A stretch of DNA of 64,000 bases from an uncultured Chloroflexia bacterium (GTDB taxonomy: Bacteria > Chloroflexota > Limnocylindria > Limnocylindrales > CSP1-4): assembly GCA_963748625.1 (NCBI GenBank), contig CAVVJT010000008.1, positions 32,001-96,000 on the forward strand, given 5' to 3'. Made by a program: the position numbers and the translations under genes. Numbering within the stretch: position 1 is the stretch's first letter; each line of letters starts with the position of its first letter. The notes under the pieces were generated by a model. It ran no database searches and was not told the DNA's origin. It worked only from the letters and a program-made list of their open reading frames with translations. This document shows, piece by piece, positions 54,496-64,000 of this stretch.

Positions 54496-55594
54496 CGCCA
54501 ACCTCGACCCCAAGCTCGAGGCCCTGGCCCGCCAGTACGAGGAGGTCTCCGCGCTCCTCGCCACGCCCGAGGTCCACGCCGACCTGGACAGGCTTCGCAC
54601 CCTCGGCCGTGAGCTCGCGCGCCTGGAGCCCGTGGTTGCGGCCTGGAAGGAGCTGGGCGAGATCCGCAGTCAGCTCGACGGCGCCCGCCACATGCGCGAT
54701 TCCGAGCACGACGACGAGCTCAAGGCCATGGCCCGCGACGAGATCGCGGAGCTGGAGGGCCGCGAGGAGCAGCTCCTCGCCGACCTCAAGGTCGCCCTCA
54801 TCCCGCGCGATCCCAACGACGACCGCAACGTGATCGTGGAGATCCGGGCCGGCGCCGGCGGCGAGGAGGCGGCCCTGTTCGCGGCCGAGCTCCTGCGCAT
54901 GTACTCCCGCTACGCGCAGGAGCACAAGTTCCAGACCGACATCATGAGCCTCAACGAGACCGGCATCGGCGGCATCAAGGAGGCCATCCTCGAGGTCATC
55001 GGGGACGGCGCCTACAGCCGCCTCAAGTTCGAGGGCGGCGTCCACCGCGTCCAGCGCGTCCCGTCCACGGAGTCCAGCGGCCGCATCCACACCTCGACGG
55101 CCACGGTGATCGTGATGCCCGAGGCGGACGAGGTCGAGGTCTCCATCGACGAGGAGCGCGACCTCCGCATCGACGTCAAGCGCAGCTCCGGCCCGGGCGG
55201 CCAGTCGGTCAACACCACCGACTCCGCCGTGCGGATCACCCACCTGCCGACGGGGCTGGTGGTCGAGATCCAGGACGAGAAGAGCCAGCACAAGAACAAG
55301 GCCAAGGCCATGTCCGTGCTGCGCTCGCGCCTGTACGACCTGGAGCTGTCCAAGGCCCGCGAGCGCGACAGCGCCGCCCGCAAACTGATGGTCCAGGCCG
55401 GCGACCGCTCCGAGAAGATCCGGACCTACAACTTCCCGGACAACCGGGTCACGGACCACCGGATCGGGGCGACCATCCACAACGTCCCCGGCGTCCTCGA
55501 GGGCCAGCTGGACCCGCTCATCGACGCGCTCGTCATGGCCGACCAGGCCGACCGCCTCGCCGCCCTGACGGAGACGGATCCCGCCGCCTCCTGA
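54488..55594 (+). CDS. prfA: Peptide chain release factor 1
   Basis: [20 protein letters not shown] (PxT), [19 protein letters not shown]. Confidence 0.97.
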   Translation: MADANLDPKLEALARQYEEVSALLATPEVHADLDRLRTLGRELARLEPVVAAWKELGEIRSQLDGARHMRDSEHDDELKAMARDEIAELEGREEQLLADLKVALIPRDPNDDRNVIVEIRAGAGGEEAALFAAELLRMYSRYAQEHKFQTDIMSLNETGIGGIKEAILEVIGDGAYSRLKFEGGVHRVQRVPSTESSGRIHTSTATVIVMPEADEVEVSIDEERDLRIDVKRSSGPGGQSVNTTDSAVRITHLPTGLVVEIQDEKSQHKNKAKAMSVLRSRLYDLELSKARERDSAARKLMVQAGDRSEKIRTYNFPDNRVTDHRIGATIHNVPGVLEGQLDPLIDALVMADQADRLAALTETDPAAS

Positions 55595-55609
55595 CCCCGA
55601 GGACCGCTG

Positions 55610-56557
55610 ATGCCCGTGACCGTCGCCGCGCTCGTCGCCGACGCCACCTCACGCCTCGCGGCATCCGGCTCCTCCTCGCCCCGCCTGGACGCGGAGCTGC
55701 TGCTCGGGTTCGCGCTGGGTGTGGACCGCGTGGGGGTGATCGCCCATCCCGAGGCGCCGGTACCCCTGGGCGTCGCTGATGCCTTCGAGGCATACGTCGC
55801 GCGCCGGGAGCGCGGCGAGCCCGTCGCCTACATCCGCGGGTTCCGCGAGTTCCATGGCCTCGCGATCAGCACGGATGCCCGTGCCCTCATCCCGCGCCCC
55901 GAGACCGAGGAGCTCGTGGACGAGGCCGTCGCCGACATCGCGCGCCGCCTGACCGTCGCCCCGCGGCCGGCCGGGACCCCGCCGCTGCGGGTGGCCGACG
56001 TGGGCACCGGGTCGGGGGCGATCGCTGTCGCGCTGGTCGTCGCCCTGCGGCGGCGCCGCATGGACGCGTATGTCGAGGTGACGGCCATGGACATCTCGCC
56101 CGACGCGCTGGATCTCGCGAAGGAGAACGCCGTCGGGCACGGGGTTGCAGACCGGATGGCCTTCCGCGCGGGCGACCTGCTGGCTGGCGACCTGCCCGAA
56201 GGCGTCGACCTGCCCGAAGGCGTCGACCCCCGGTTCGACGTCGTCTGTGCGAACCTGCCCTACGTGGCGGCCGGGGTGATCGACGGACTCGCGCCGGAGC
56301 TGGGATTCGAGCCGCGCGGCGCCCTCGACGGGGGGCCGGACGGCCTCGACGTCATCCGCCGCCTGCTCGACCAATTGCCGCGCGGGCTGGCGGCCGATGG
56401 TGTGGCATTCCTCGAGATCGGGTCGGACCAGGGCGAGGCCATCGGCGCGGAGGTGGCGGCCCGCCTGCCGGGCTGGCGGTGCGAGGTCCTCGCCGACCTC
56501 GCGGGGCACCCGCGCGTGGCCCGGATCGAGCGCCACGCGCCGGTGTCGCCCGCATGA
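55610..56557 (+). CDS. prmC: Release factor glutamine methyltransferase
   Basis: GEPVAYI, LIPRPETE, DVGTGSG, NLPY, EPRGALDGG; follows prfA. Confidence 0.95.
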   Translation: MPVTVAALVADATSRLAASGSSSPRLDAELLLGFALGVDRVGVIAHPEAPVPLGVADAFEAYVARRERGEPVAYIRGFREFHGLAISTDARALIPRPETEELVDEAVADIARRLTVAPRPAGTPPLRVADVGTGSGAIAVALVVALRRRRMDAYVEVTAMDISPDALDLAKENAVGHGVADRMAFRAGDLLAGDLPEGVDLPEGVDPRFDVVCANLPYVAAGVIDGLAPELGFEPRGALDGGPDGLDVIRRLLDQLPRGLAADGVAFLEIGSDQGEAIGAEVAARLPGWRCEVLADLAGHPRVARIERHAPVSPA

Positions 56558-57549
56558 GCGATCACCGGCCGGCCACCCGACCCGCACCCGAGTTCCCCAT
56601 CCGGATGCTCGCGCTCGACATCGACGGCACGATCGTGGGCCATGACGTCGCCCTGACCGAGCGGACCATCGCGGCCATCGGGGAGGCCGTCCGGCGCGGC
56701 GTGCGGGTGAGCCTCGCGACCGGCCGGACGCCCGGATCCGCGGTGGTCTTCGCGACCCGCCTTGGCCTGGTGGAACCGATCGTCGGCCACCAGGGCGCCG
56801 TCATGCGGGCTATGCCGGCGCCGGACGTGCAGGCGGACGTCCAGATGCTCGCGTCGGGCGCCGTCCGCGGCCGGGTCGGCAGGCTCCTGTACCACCGGCC
56901 GATGGCCGCCGACACGGTCCGCGAGGCCCTGGCCTGGTGCTGGGCGAACGACCTCCAGCCGCACATCAACCACCTCGAGCGGGTGCTGGTCCAGGACGAC
57001 GATCCGCACTTCGAGGACTACTCCAACTACTTCGGCAAGCGCGCCGAGACCTACCCGGACCTGATCGCGGCGATCCGCACGCCCCAGTCCAAGGTGATTT
57101 CGGTGGGGGAGCCGCCGCGGCCGATGGAGCTCATCGGGGTGGCGCGCCGGCTGTTCGCAGGGCGGGCATGGCCCACCGTGTCGCACCCGCGGTTCCTGGA
57201 ATTCGTGGCGCCCGGTGTGTCCAAGGGGCACGCGGTCGCGCTGCTGGCGAGGCGCGCGGGCATCCCGATGGGCCAGGTGATGACGATGGGCGACGCGCTC
57301 AACGACTACGAGATGATCGTGGCGGCGGGCCACGGGACGGCGATGGCCACGGCACCGGCCGAGGTGCGGTCCGTCGCGCGCTACATCGCGCCGCCGGTCG
57401 CGGACGACGGATCCGCAGCCCTGATCGAGGCGCTGGTGCTGGCCTCGCCCGCCGAGGCGCGGCGCAACGCGGCCCGCCTGGAGGAGGAGGCACGGGCCTT
57501 GCGCGACGGGCCGGGGGTGGCGGCCCACGACGGGATGCCCCGCGCATGA
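56554..57549 (+). CDS. Cof-type HAD-IIB hydrolase
   Basis: LDIDGT, LATGR, VSKG, GDALND; ATGA overlaps on both sides. Confidence 0.9.
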   Translation: MSDHRPATRPAPEFPIRMLALDIDGTIVGHDVALTERTIAAIGEAVRRGVRVSLATGRTPGSAVVFATRLGLVEPIVGHQGAVMRAMPAPDVQADVQMLASGAVRGRVGRLLYHRPMAADTVREALAWCWANDLQPHINHLERVLVQDDDPHFEDYSNYFGKRAETYPDLIAAIRTPQSKVISVGEPPRPMELIGVARRLFAGRAWPTVSHPRFLEFVAPGVSKGHAVALLARRAGIPMGQVMTMGDALNDYEMIVAAGHGTAMATAPAEVRSVARYIAPPVADDGSAALIEALVLASPAEARRNAARLEEEARALRDGPGVAAHDGMPRA

Positions 57550-58208
57550 CCGGCTCCCGATCCGCCCGCATCCTCCCCGATGGCGACGCCGCCCGCGCCG
57601 AGGCGGTGGAGCTGCTCCGGGCGGGTCGCATCGTCGCCGTCCCCACGGACACGGTCTACGGGATCGCTGCCGACATGGCGCTGCCCGATGCGATCGAGCG
57701 CCTGTTCGCCGCCAAGCAGCGGCCTCCCGAGAAAGCCGTCGCCGTTCTCCTGGCCGACATCGACCAGGCGTGGGGGTTGGGCGTTGGCTCACCCGCAGCC
57801 CGGGTGCTGGCCGAGCGGTTCTGGCCCGGCGGCCTGACGCTCGTCCTCCCGATCCAGCCCGGCGTGAACCTGCCGCGCGTGCTGGCCGCCGGCACACCGA
57901 CCATCGGCGTCCGGGTGCCCGACCACCACGCGCCGCGCGCGGTCGCCCGCGTGCTCGGGCCGCTGCCCACCACCTCGGCGAACGTGTCCGGCCTGCCCGA
58001 CCTGCGTGATGCCCGCGAGATCGCCGAGCGCCTGGGGGACGCGATCGCACTCGTCCTCGACGGCGGACCAATCTCGGGCGGTCCCGCCTCCACGGTGGTG
58101 GACTGCACGCTCGAGTGGCCGTCGATCCTGCGCGAGGGCGCCATCCCGGCTGCGGCGATCGTGGAGGCGCTCGAGGTCGAGCGGATCCGGCACGCGATCG
58201 AGCTGTAG
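57546..58208 (+). CDS. tsaC: L-threonylcarbamoyladenylate synthase (YrdC/Sua5)
   Basis: PTDTVYG, AKQRP, WPGGLT, GVRVPD, TTSANVSG, STVVD. Confidence 0.93.
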   Translation: MTGSRSARILPDGDAARAEAVELLRAGRIVAVPTDTVYGIAADMALPDAIERLFAAKQRPPEKAVAVLLADIDQAWGLGVGSPAARVLAERFWPGGLTLVLPIQPGVNLPRVLAAGTPTIGVRVPDHHAPRAVARVLGPLPTTSANVSGLPDLRDAREIAERLGDAIALVLDGGPISGGPASTVVDCTLEWPSILREGAIPAAAIVEALEVERIRHAIEL

Positions 58209-58219
58209 CGCGTCGCCCT

Positions 58220-58867
58220 CTACGTCGCGGGGCCGCTGATCACCACCGTCTCGAGCGTGGGCGTCAGGCGCGTTCGCGATCCCGGCAGGGCGGCGCGGTA
58301 CTCGGCGTTCGTCCGCCAGACGGTCCCGCCCGAAGGGAAGTTCGGGTCGGCGCTGGCGCGCTGCCGGTCCCCGTGGAGGTTGAACGTCCGGATGAGCGCC
58401 CGCTGGACCTGTCGCGGGAGCACCGGGAAGAACGGCACGTGATAGTGCGGCTCCAGCCATGCGTAGCGGTAGGGGACGATGAGCGCCCACTGCCGCCCGA
58501 TCCGCCGGATTGCCGCGGTCGCACGGGCGAAGTCCTCCGGGTCGGTGACGTGCTCCAGCATGCCCACCGAGATCACGAGGTCGAACTCGCCGTCGGCGAA
58601 GATGGACAGGTCCGTCGCCGAGCCCCGCCGGTAGGTGAAGCCCGGGTGGTCGTGGCTGACCTTCGACACCGGGAACAAGTCCACCCCGACGATGGTCCAG
58701 CTCGACGGCGCGAAGTCGGACACGGAGCGGCCGCTGTGGCCGCAGCCAAGGTCCAGCACCCGCATCCCTTCCCACGTGCGCACCTGGCCGACCAGGAACT
58801 GGAACCTGGAGCGCCGGCGCGCCTGGAGGAGACGCCGCATCGGCCACGAGCGGTTGTCGTTCGGCAT
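58220..58867 (-). CDS. Class I SAM-dependent methyltransferase
   Basis: VLDLGCG, FADGEFDLVIS..MLEHV, EPHYHVPF. Confidence 0.85.
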   Translation of the reverse strand: MPNDNRSWPMRRLLQARRRSRFQFLVGQVRTWEGMRVLDLGCGHSGRSVSDFAPSSWTIVGVDLFPVSKVSHDHPGFTYRRGSATDLSIFADGEFDLVISVGMLEHVTDPEDFARATAAIRRIGRQWALIVPYRYAWLEPHYHVPFFPVLPRQVQRALIRTFNLHGDRQRASADPNFPSGGTVWRTNAEYRAALPGSRTRLTPTLETVVISGPAT

Positions 58868-59055
58868 GGCTCCACCCCTTGCGATGTGCCCACCCGGAGA
58901 CGGCGGCGTACCCCGTCCCGTGACGCCGGCCGCGGCGGGGTGCCCATCCCGCGGTCGTCGGAGCACAGGGGTCCGCATGTGTGACCCTACCCCTTCCGGG
59001 CATGGGAGAATGGGAGCCGACGTTTCCGCGCCAGTCACCCCGAGGAGGCTCCGCC

Positions 59056-60390
59056 GTGTCCCACGCCGCCCCGTCCACCGCATGGGCGTCCATCGCCGAG
59101 GTGGATCCTGACCTGTGGGCTGCGATGGAGGCCGAGCGCCATCGCCAGGCGGACAAGATCGAGCTCATCGCGAGCGAGAACTACACCTATGCCGCCGTCA
59201 ACGAGGCGCAGGGCAGCTGGCTGACGAACAAGTACGCCGAGGGCCTGCCCGGCAAGCGCTACTACGGCGGCTGCGAGCACGTGGACGTGGTGGAGGACCT
59301 GACCCGCCAGCGCGCCCTCGCCCTCTTCCCCGGCGCAGATCACGTCAACGTCCAGCCCCACTCGGGTGCCCAGGCCAACATGGCGGCCTACTTTGCGGTG
59401 CTCAAGCCGGGCGACCGGATCCTGGGCATGAACCTTGCCCACGGCGGCCACCTCACCCACGGCTCCCCGGTGAACTTCTCGGGCAAGCTGTACGAGGTCC
59501 ACGCGTACGGCGTCGACCGCGTGACGGAGCAGATCGACTACGACGTCATCGCCGCCCAGGCCGAGGCCGTGCGACCCAAGGTCTTGGTCGCGGGCGCGTC
59601 CGCCTATCCCCGCACCTGGGACTTCGAGCGGCTCGGCGCCATCGCCCATGGGGTCGGCGCGCTGCTCTTCGTGGACATGGCCCACGTGGCCGGTCTCGTC
59701 GCGGCGGGCCTTCACCCGAGCCCGTTCCCGCACGCGGATCTCGTGACCACCACCACGCACAAGACCCTGCGCGGCCCGAGGGGCGGCCTCCTGTTCGCCC
59801 GCGCCGATCTGCCGGAAGGCGTGGATCGCGCGGACTTCCCGGCGCTGGGCAAGAACACGCTTGCCGCCGCCATCGACAAGTCCGTCTTCCCGGGCGTCCA
59901 GGGTGGTCCGCTCATGCACGTCATCGCCGCCAAGGGCGTGGCGCTCCACCTGGCCCAGACCGATGGCTTCCGTGAGGACCAGGCCCGCACCGTGGAGAAC
60001 GCCCGCGTGCTCGCCGAGACCCTCGCGTCAGCCGGTGCCCGCCTGGTGTCCGGCGGCACGGACAACCACCTCGCCCTGGTGGACGTCACCCCGATGGGCG
60101 TCACCGGCCGCGAGGCCGAGGTGCTGCTCGACGACGTCGGGATCACCGTGAACAAGAACGCGATCCCCTTCGACCAGAACCCGCCGAACATCGCGTCGGG
60201 GATCCGGATCGGCACACCGGCGACCACCACCCGCGGCATGGGTCCTGACGAGATGCGCCTGATCGGCGCCTGGATCGTGGAGGCCCTGCGCGAGCGCGAG
60301 TCGGCGGCGGTCCACGAGCGCATCCGGGGCGAGATCCGCGACCTCGTCGCGCAGTTCCCGGTCCCCGGCCTCCCGCGCGACCGCGCGTAG
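59056..60390 (+). CDS. glyA: Serine hydroxymethyltransferase
   Basis: GAGGAGG SD then GTG; [42 protein letters not shown]. Confidence 0.97.
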   Translation: MSHAAPSTAWASIAEVDPDLWAAMEAERHRQADKIELIASENYTYAAVNEAQGSWLTNKYAEGLPGKRYYGGCEHVDVVEDLTRQRALALFPGADHVNVQPHSGAQANMAAYFAVLKPGDRILGMNLAHGGHLTHGSPVNFSGKLYEVHAYGVDRVTEQIDYDVIAAQAEAVRPKVLVAGASAYPRTWDFERLGAIAHGVGALLFVDMAHVAGLVAAGLHPSPFPHADLVTTTTHKTLRGPRGGLLFARADLPEGVDRADFPALGKNTLAAAIDKSVFPGVQGGPLMHVIAAKGVALHLAQTDGFREDQARTVENARVLAETLASAGARLVSGGTDNHLALVDVTPMGVTGREAEVLLDDVGITVNKNAIPFDQNPPNIASGIRIGTPATTTRGMGPDEMRLIGAWIVEALRERESAAVHERIRGEIRDLVAQFPVPGLPRDRA

Positions 60391-60426
60391 CGCGCCCGCG
60401 AGCATGACGCAGGGGCGAGTGGGCCG

Positions 60427-61694
60427 ATGAAGCTGATCCCCAGCTTCAGCGACGCGCTCCCGTTCTTCGTCGCGGCCTTCGTGGCGGCGGCGCTGCTCGC
60501 GCTGCTCCTCACCCCGCTCGTGCGGCGGGTGGCGATCCGCCTGGGCAACATCGACCAGCCCGACCACCGCCGCGTCAACGCCCAGCCCATCCCGCGTGGC
60601 GGGGGTGTCGCCGTGGCCGTCGCGTTCCTGGCGGTGACCCTGGGCGGCATGGCCCTCAACACCCAGACCGGCGTTATCGCGATCCCGCGGACCCTTGGTC
60701 CCGAGGAGCTCGTCGCCCTGTTCGCGGGCGGTGCCCTGGCCACGGTGCTGGGGGTGCTCGACGACACCTGGCAGCTGCGCGCACGCTGGCAGTTCGGCGG
60801 CCAGCTCGCGCTCGCACTGCTCGCGGTGGCCGCCGGCATCACGGTCACGTACATCAACAACCCGCTCGGGCCGGGCAGCATCAACCTGTCGGGGATCTTC
60901 GCCGTGGGGTTCACGGTGCTGTGGATCGTGGGGATGATCAACAGCATCAACTTCATCGACGGCCTTGACGGGCTCTCGTCGGGCATCGCCCTGATCGCGG
61001 CCATGACGCTGGGGCTGATCTCGCTCACGACGGCCGTGGCCCAGCCGTTCATCGGGATCCTGTGCTTTGCGCTCGCGGGGTCGCTGCTGGGCTTCCTGCG
61101 CTGGAACTTCCACCCGGCCTCGATCTTCATCGGGACGAGCGGGGTGATGTTCGTGGGCTACACGCTCGCGATCCTCTCGATCCTGGGCACCGCCAAGGTG
61201 GCCGTCGCGCTCCTCGTGCTGGGCGTGCCCATCATCGACACCTTCTGGATCATCGTCCGGCGGCTTGCGACGGGCCACTCGCCGTTCACCCCGGACCGCG
61301 GCCACATCCACCATCGGCTGCTGGGTCTCGGCCTCTCGCACAGTCAGACGGTGCTGGTCATCTACGCCCTGTGCATTGGCCTCGCGGCGCTGACCTTCGT
61401 ACTCTCGGGCACGGGCCAGCTCTACGCGTTCATGGGTCTTGGGGTCCTGTTCGGCCTGGTCCTGTTCGTGGCAACGCGCGGCGAGACGGGCGATGCGCTG
61501 GAAGCCGAGACGTACGACGGCCAAGAGTCGGGCGACACCAAGGCCGATGCCGACCGCCCGGCCGAAGGCGACACCAGGCCGATGCCGACCGCCCGGCCGA
61601 AGGCGACACCACGGCCGATGCCGACCGCCCGGCCGAAGGCGACACCACCGCCGATGCCGACACCGCGACCCCTGGAGATGACCCGGCCCGCTGA
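60427..61694 (+). CDS. MraY/WecA/TagO-family undecaprenyl-phosphate HexNAc-1-P transferase
   Basis: PIPRGGG, GVLDD, NFIDGLDGL, NFHPASIF, HIHHRL. A probable 1-bp loss near 61576 extends the as-read ORF to 61773. Confidence 0.88.
61531..61665. repeat. 36-bp coding repeat x~3.5 (ADADRPAEGDTT)
   Basis: gccgatgccgaccgcccggccgaaggcgacacc repeated. Confidence 0.85.
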
Positions 61695-61779
61695 CGACCT
61701 GCCACCGGGAACTGGGGCGCCTGAGGGTGCGGTGTTAGCATCCCGCTCGCCGGCATCAATGCCGGTGGCCTGAGGTTCC

Positions 61780-62793
61780 ATGCAGCCGTTCATCATCGCC
61801 GCTCTCGTCATCCTGGCCATCGTCGCGGCTGGGACGCTGGTGGTGCTCACGCGCCACCGGCACCGGGGCGAGGACGCCGCGGCCAAGGAGCTGGCGCTCC
61901 TCCAGATGACCCAGGACGAGATCGCCTACCGGATCGGCATCTCCGACCGCCCGATGCAGACGGGCCTGATCGCCGCCGTGTCCGAGACCGCCGTGTCCGA
62001 GACCGCCGCACTCGCCCAGACTGACCAGCTGATCGCGGACGCGGAGGAGCAGGGGATCGAGCCACAGCCGGTCGCCGTGGCGGTCTCCGCAGTCGGGGTC
62101 ACCTCGGCCGGTGCCGCCCGAGAGGTGGCGGATTCGCGTCGGTACCGCCTCTGGCGGGACTCCGCGGCCGTCCTGCTCACGGTCAGCCTGCTGCTTCTCG
62201 CGGTGACGACGTTCGCGCCCGGGCTCCTGGGCGGGACGACCGCCACGCCCGAGCCGTCCGCGATCGCCGTGGTGGAGACGCCGGAGCCGACGGACGAGCC
62301 GACCCCGACCCCGTCACCGACCCCGTCGCCTTCGCCCAGTCCGACGCCGAGTCCGTCCCCGAGCCCTTCGCCGTCACCGACCCCGTCACCAACGCCCAGT
62401 CCCTCGCCGTCCCCGACGGCCGCGCCCACGCCCAAGCCGACGCCCAGGCGCACCCCTCGCCCGACCCCGCGCCCGACGCCCAGACCCACCCCGAAACCCA
62501 CACCCAAGCCGACGCCCAAGCCGACGCCCAAGCCCACGCCGAAGCCAGTGGCGAAGCTCAGCCTGGGGATCTCCTGCGTCAACTCCACGACGGTGCGGTA
62601 CACGGCAGCCACGAGCGGGGTCTCGGTGAAGCGCTACGAATGGTTCTTCGACTTCACGGGCAACCCGGGGACGAAGTCGGTGACATGGGACTTCGGTGGC
62701 CCGACGGATGCCGGCAGCATTGTCGTCGTCAAGGTCTACTTCACGAATGGCGCTGTGAGGTCGGAGAGCGGGGCGACGCCTTCCTGCAATTGA
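61780..62793 (+). CDS. Hypothetical membrane protein with Pro/Thr/Ser linker and PKD/Ig-like C-terminal domain
   Basis: Two TM segments, (PS/PT/PK)n stalk, beta-rich tail (YEWFFDF, VTWDFG) bracketed by two Cys. Confidence 0.65.
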   Translation: MQPFIIAALVILAIVAAGTLVVLTRHRHRGEDAAAKELALLQMTQDEIAYRIGISDRPMQTGLIAAVSETAVSETAALAQTDQLIADAEEQGIEPQPVAVAVSAVGVTSAGAAREVADSRRYRLWRDSAAVLLTVSLLLLAVTTFAPGLLGGTTATPEPSAIAVVETPEPTDEPTPTPSPTPSPSPSPTPSPSPSPSPSPTPSPTPSPSPSPTAAPTPKPTPRRTPRPTPRPTPRPTPKPTPKPTPKPTPKPTPKPVAKLSLGISCVNSTTVRYTAATSGVSVKRYEWFFDFTGNPGTKSVTWDFGGPTDAGSIVVVKVYFTNGAVRSESGATPSCN

Positions 62794-62922
62794 CGCATGC
62801 CATCGCGGCCCTGCCGCATAGGTGCAGCGAGCGGGCCCTCGATACGCACACCCGTCCAGTAGCGCGTAATGGCCGTGTGGGCGAACATGGGGACCTCGGT
62901 CGACCTCGGGAGGATTCCACGC

Positions 62923-64000
62923 GTGCTCCGGCGCCTGCTCACCGCATCGTTCATCACCTTGCTGATCGCCGGGGCGCTGCCCGCCGGCGTCCTTGCCGTC
63001 GCCCCGGTCGCGACGCCGCAGTCGGTGACCACCGATGAGGACACCGGCGTGGCGATCACCCTCGCCGGTACCGACGCTGAGCTTGACCCCCTGACGTTCG
63101 ACGTCGTCGCGGGACCTGCCCACGGTTCCCTAACCGGCACCGCGCCCGACCTCACCTACACGCCTGCCACCAACTTCAACGGGCCTGACAGCTTCACGTT
63201 CACGGCCAACGACGGGACGGAAGACTCGGGCCCGGCCACCGTCGACATCACCGTGAACCCGGTCAACGATCCGCCCGTCGCCGTGGACGATCCGGGGACG
63301 GCGTGCGGGCCCCTGAGCAGCTTCGGTGGATCCTTCCCGATCCCGGAAGACTGGAGCGGCGGCTCCGTCGGGTATGAAGGCTGGTTCGCCCTCGTCGGCA
63401 GCTGTGCTCCGATGCGCAATGACACCGATCCTGATGGCGACGAGCTGACCTTCGAGCTTGTCGGCGACCCGGCTCATGGTGACGCCACCTTCCTGCCCGA
63501 CGGCTTCCTCGCCTACGATCCGGCCCCTGACTACAGCACGCCTGGCGGCGATCAGCCCGGTGGCACATGGGTCTCCGACACCATCCACTACCGCGTGTTC
63601 GACGGGAACCTCTACTCCGACACCGCGAGCTACCGGCTCTGGGTCTCTCCCGTCAACGACGCTCCGAGCTTCACGGCCGGACCGGATGTGACCGTGAACG
63701 AGGACTCGGGCGCGTACGTTGGAGCGTGGGCGAGCGACATCGATCCAGGCCCCAACGATGGCTACCAGACGGTCGATTTCGTCATCGACGCCGTCTCCAA
63801 CCCCTCCCTGTTCGCGTCGGCGCCCTCGATCTCCTCCACCGGCGTCCTCTCCTTCAAGCCCGCTCTGGACCTGTACGGCCTGTCAACGGTCACGGTCCAT
63901 GCGCAGGACGACGGAGGTTTGGAAGACTACGGCGTGGCTAGCGTGAGCCCGGACGACACGTCGGACTCCGTCGTCTTCACCATCTCGGTCACGCCGATCA
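62923..64000 (+). CDS. Secreted Ig-like/cadherin-like (tandem-95, Big_9) repeat surface protein, partial
   Basis: Not in the ORF track (runs off the end). GGGAGG SD then GTG; signal peptide; VTTDEDT, PAHGSL, LTYTPATNFNGPDSFTF, VNDPPVAVDD, VNDAPSF. Confidence 0.88.
   Translation, partial: MLRRLLTASFITLLIAGALPAGVLAVAPVATPQSVTTDEDTGVAITLAGTDAELDPLTFDVVAGPAHGSLTGTAPDLTYTPATNFNGPDSFTFTANDGTEDSGPATVDITVNPVNDPPVAVDDPGTACGPLSSFGGSFPIPEDWSGGSVGYEGWFALVGSCAPMRNDTDPDGDELTFELVGDPAHGDATFLPDGFLAYDPAPDYSTPGGDQPGGTWVSDTIHYRVFDGNLYSDTASYRLWVSPVNDAPSFTAGPDVTVNEDSGAYVGAWASDIDPGPNDGYQTVDFVIDAVSNPSLFASAPSISSTGVLSFKPALDLYGLSTVTVHAQDDGGLEDYGVASVSPDDTSDSVVFTISVTPI

Noticed and set aside
54496-54833. DUF1385 ORF overlapping prfA by ~345 bp
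   Set aside because: Explained by one extra G at ~54391; the corrected stop is 54495.
59027-59041. ZTP riboswitch upstream of glyA (GTGACTGGCG)
   Set aside because: The motif is on the opposite strand to glyA and the rest of the consensus is absent.
56189-59829. DLPEGVD peptide shared by PrmC and a GlyA insertion
   Set aside because: Only seven residues with different codons; chance is sufficient.

Overview
High-GC bacterial chromosome segment, probably Chloroflexota or Actinomycetota-like (inferred from composition, leaderless promoters and DUF1385-prfA-prmC-tsaC-glyA-wecA synteny). Left flank (1-16.8 kb): two tandem cyclophilins, HisA-like, DUF885, ltaE, an AI-2E/SPFH/AI-2E cluster, tRNA-Asp, CapA, an Mca/MshB-like deacetylase, YbaK and a CaiB-family CoA-transferase. 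Centre (16.9-49.3 kb): a ~32 kb methylated-amine demethylation island. It holds four FAD/GcvT-family demethylases, two ETF pairs, a corrinoid methyl-transfer module (two non-pyrrolysine MttB-family methyltransferases, corrinoid protein, pterin-binding methyltransferase, ASKHA activator), a LIV-type ABC transporter, an enolase-superfamily enzyme with atypical motifs, and four regulators with visible operator palindromes. Next is a lipoprotein NirK with an extra N-terminal cupredoxin, a divergent His-rich membrane protein and an Rrf2 regulator. Right flank: the prfA-glyA-wecA block and surface proteins. Several genes have single-base frameshifts that are probably consensus errors, and tandem repeats cluster at gene ends. 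No CRISPR array, rRNA or transposase was seen. All calls come from motif recognition by eye, with no database searches.
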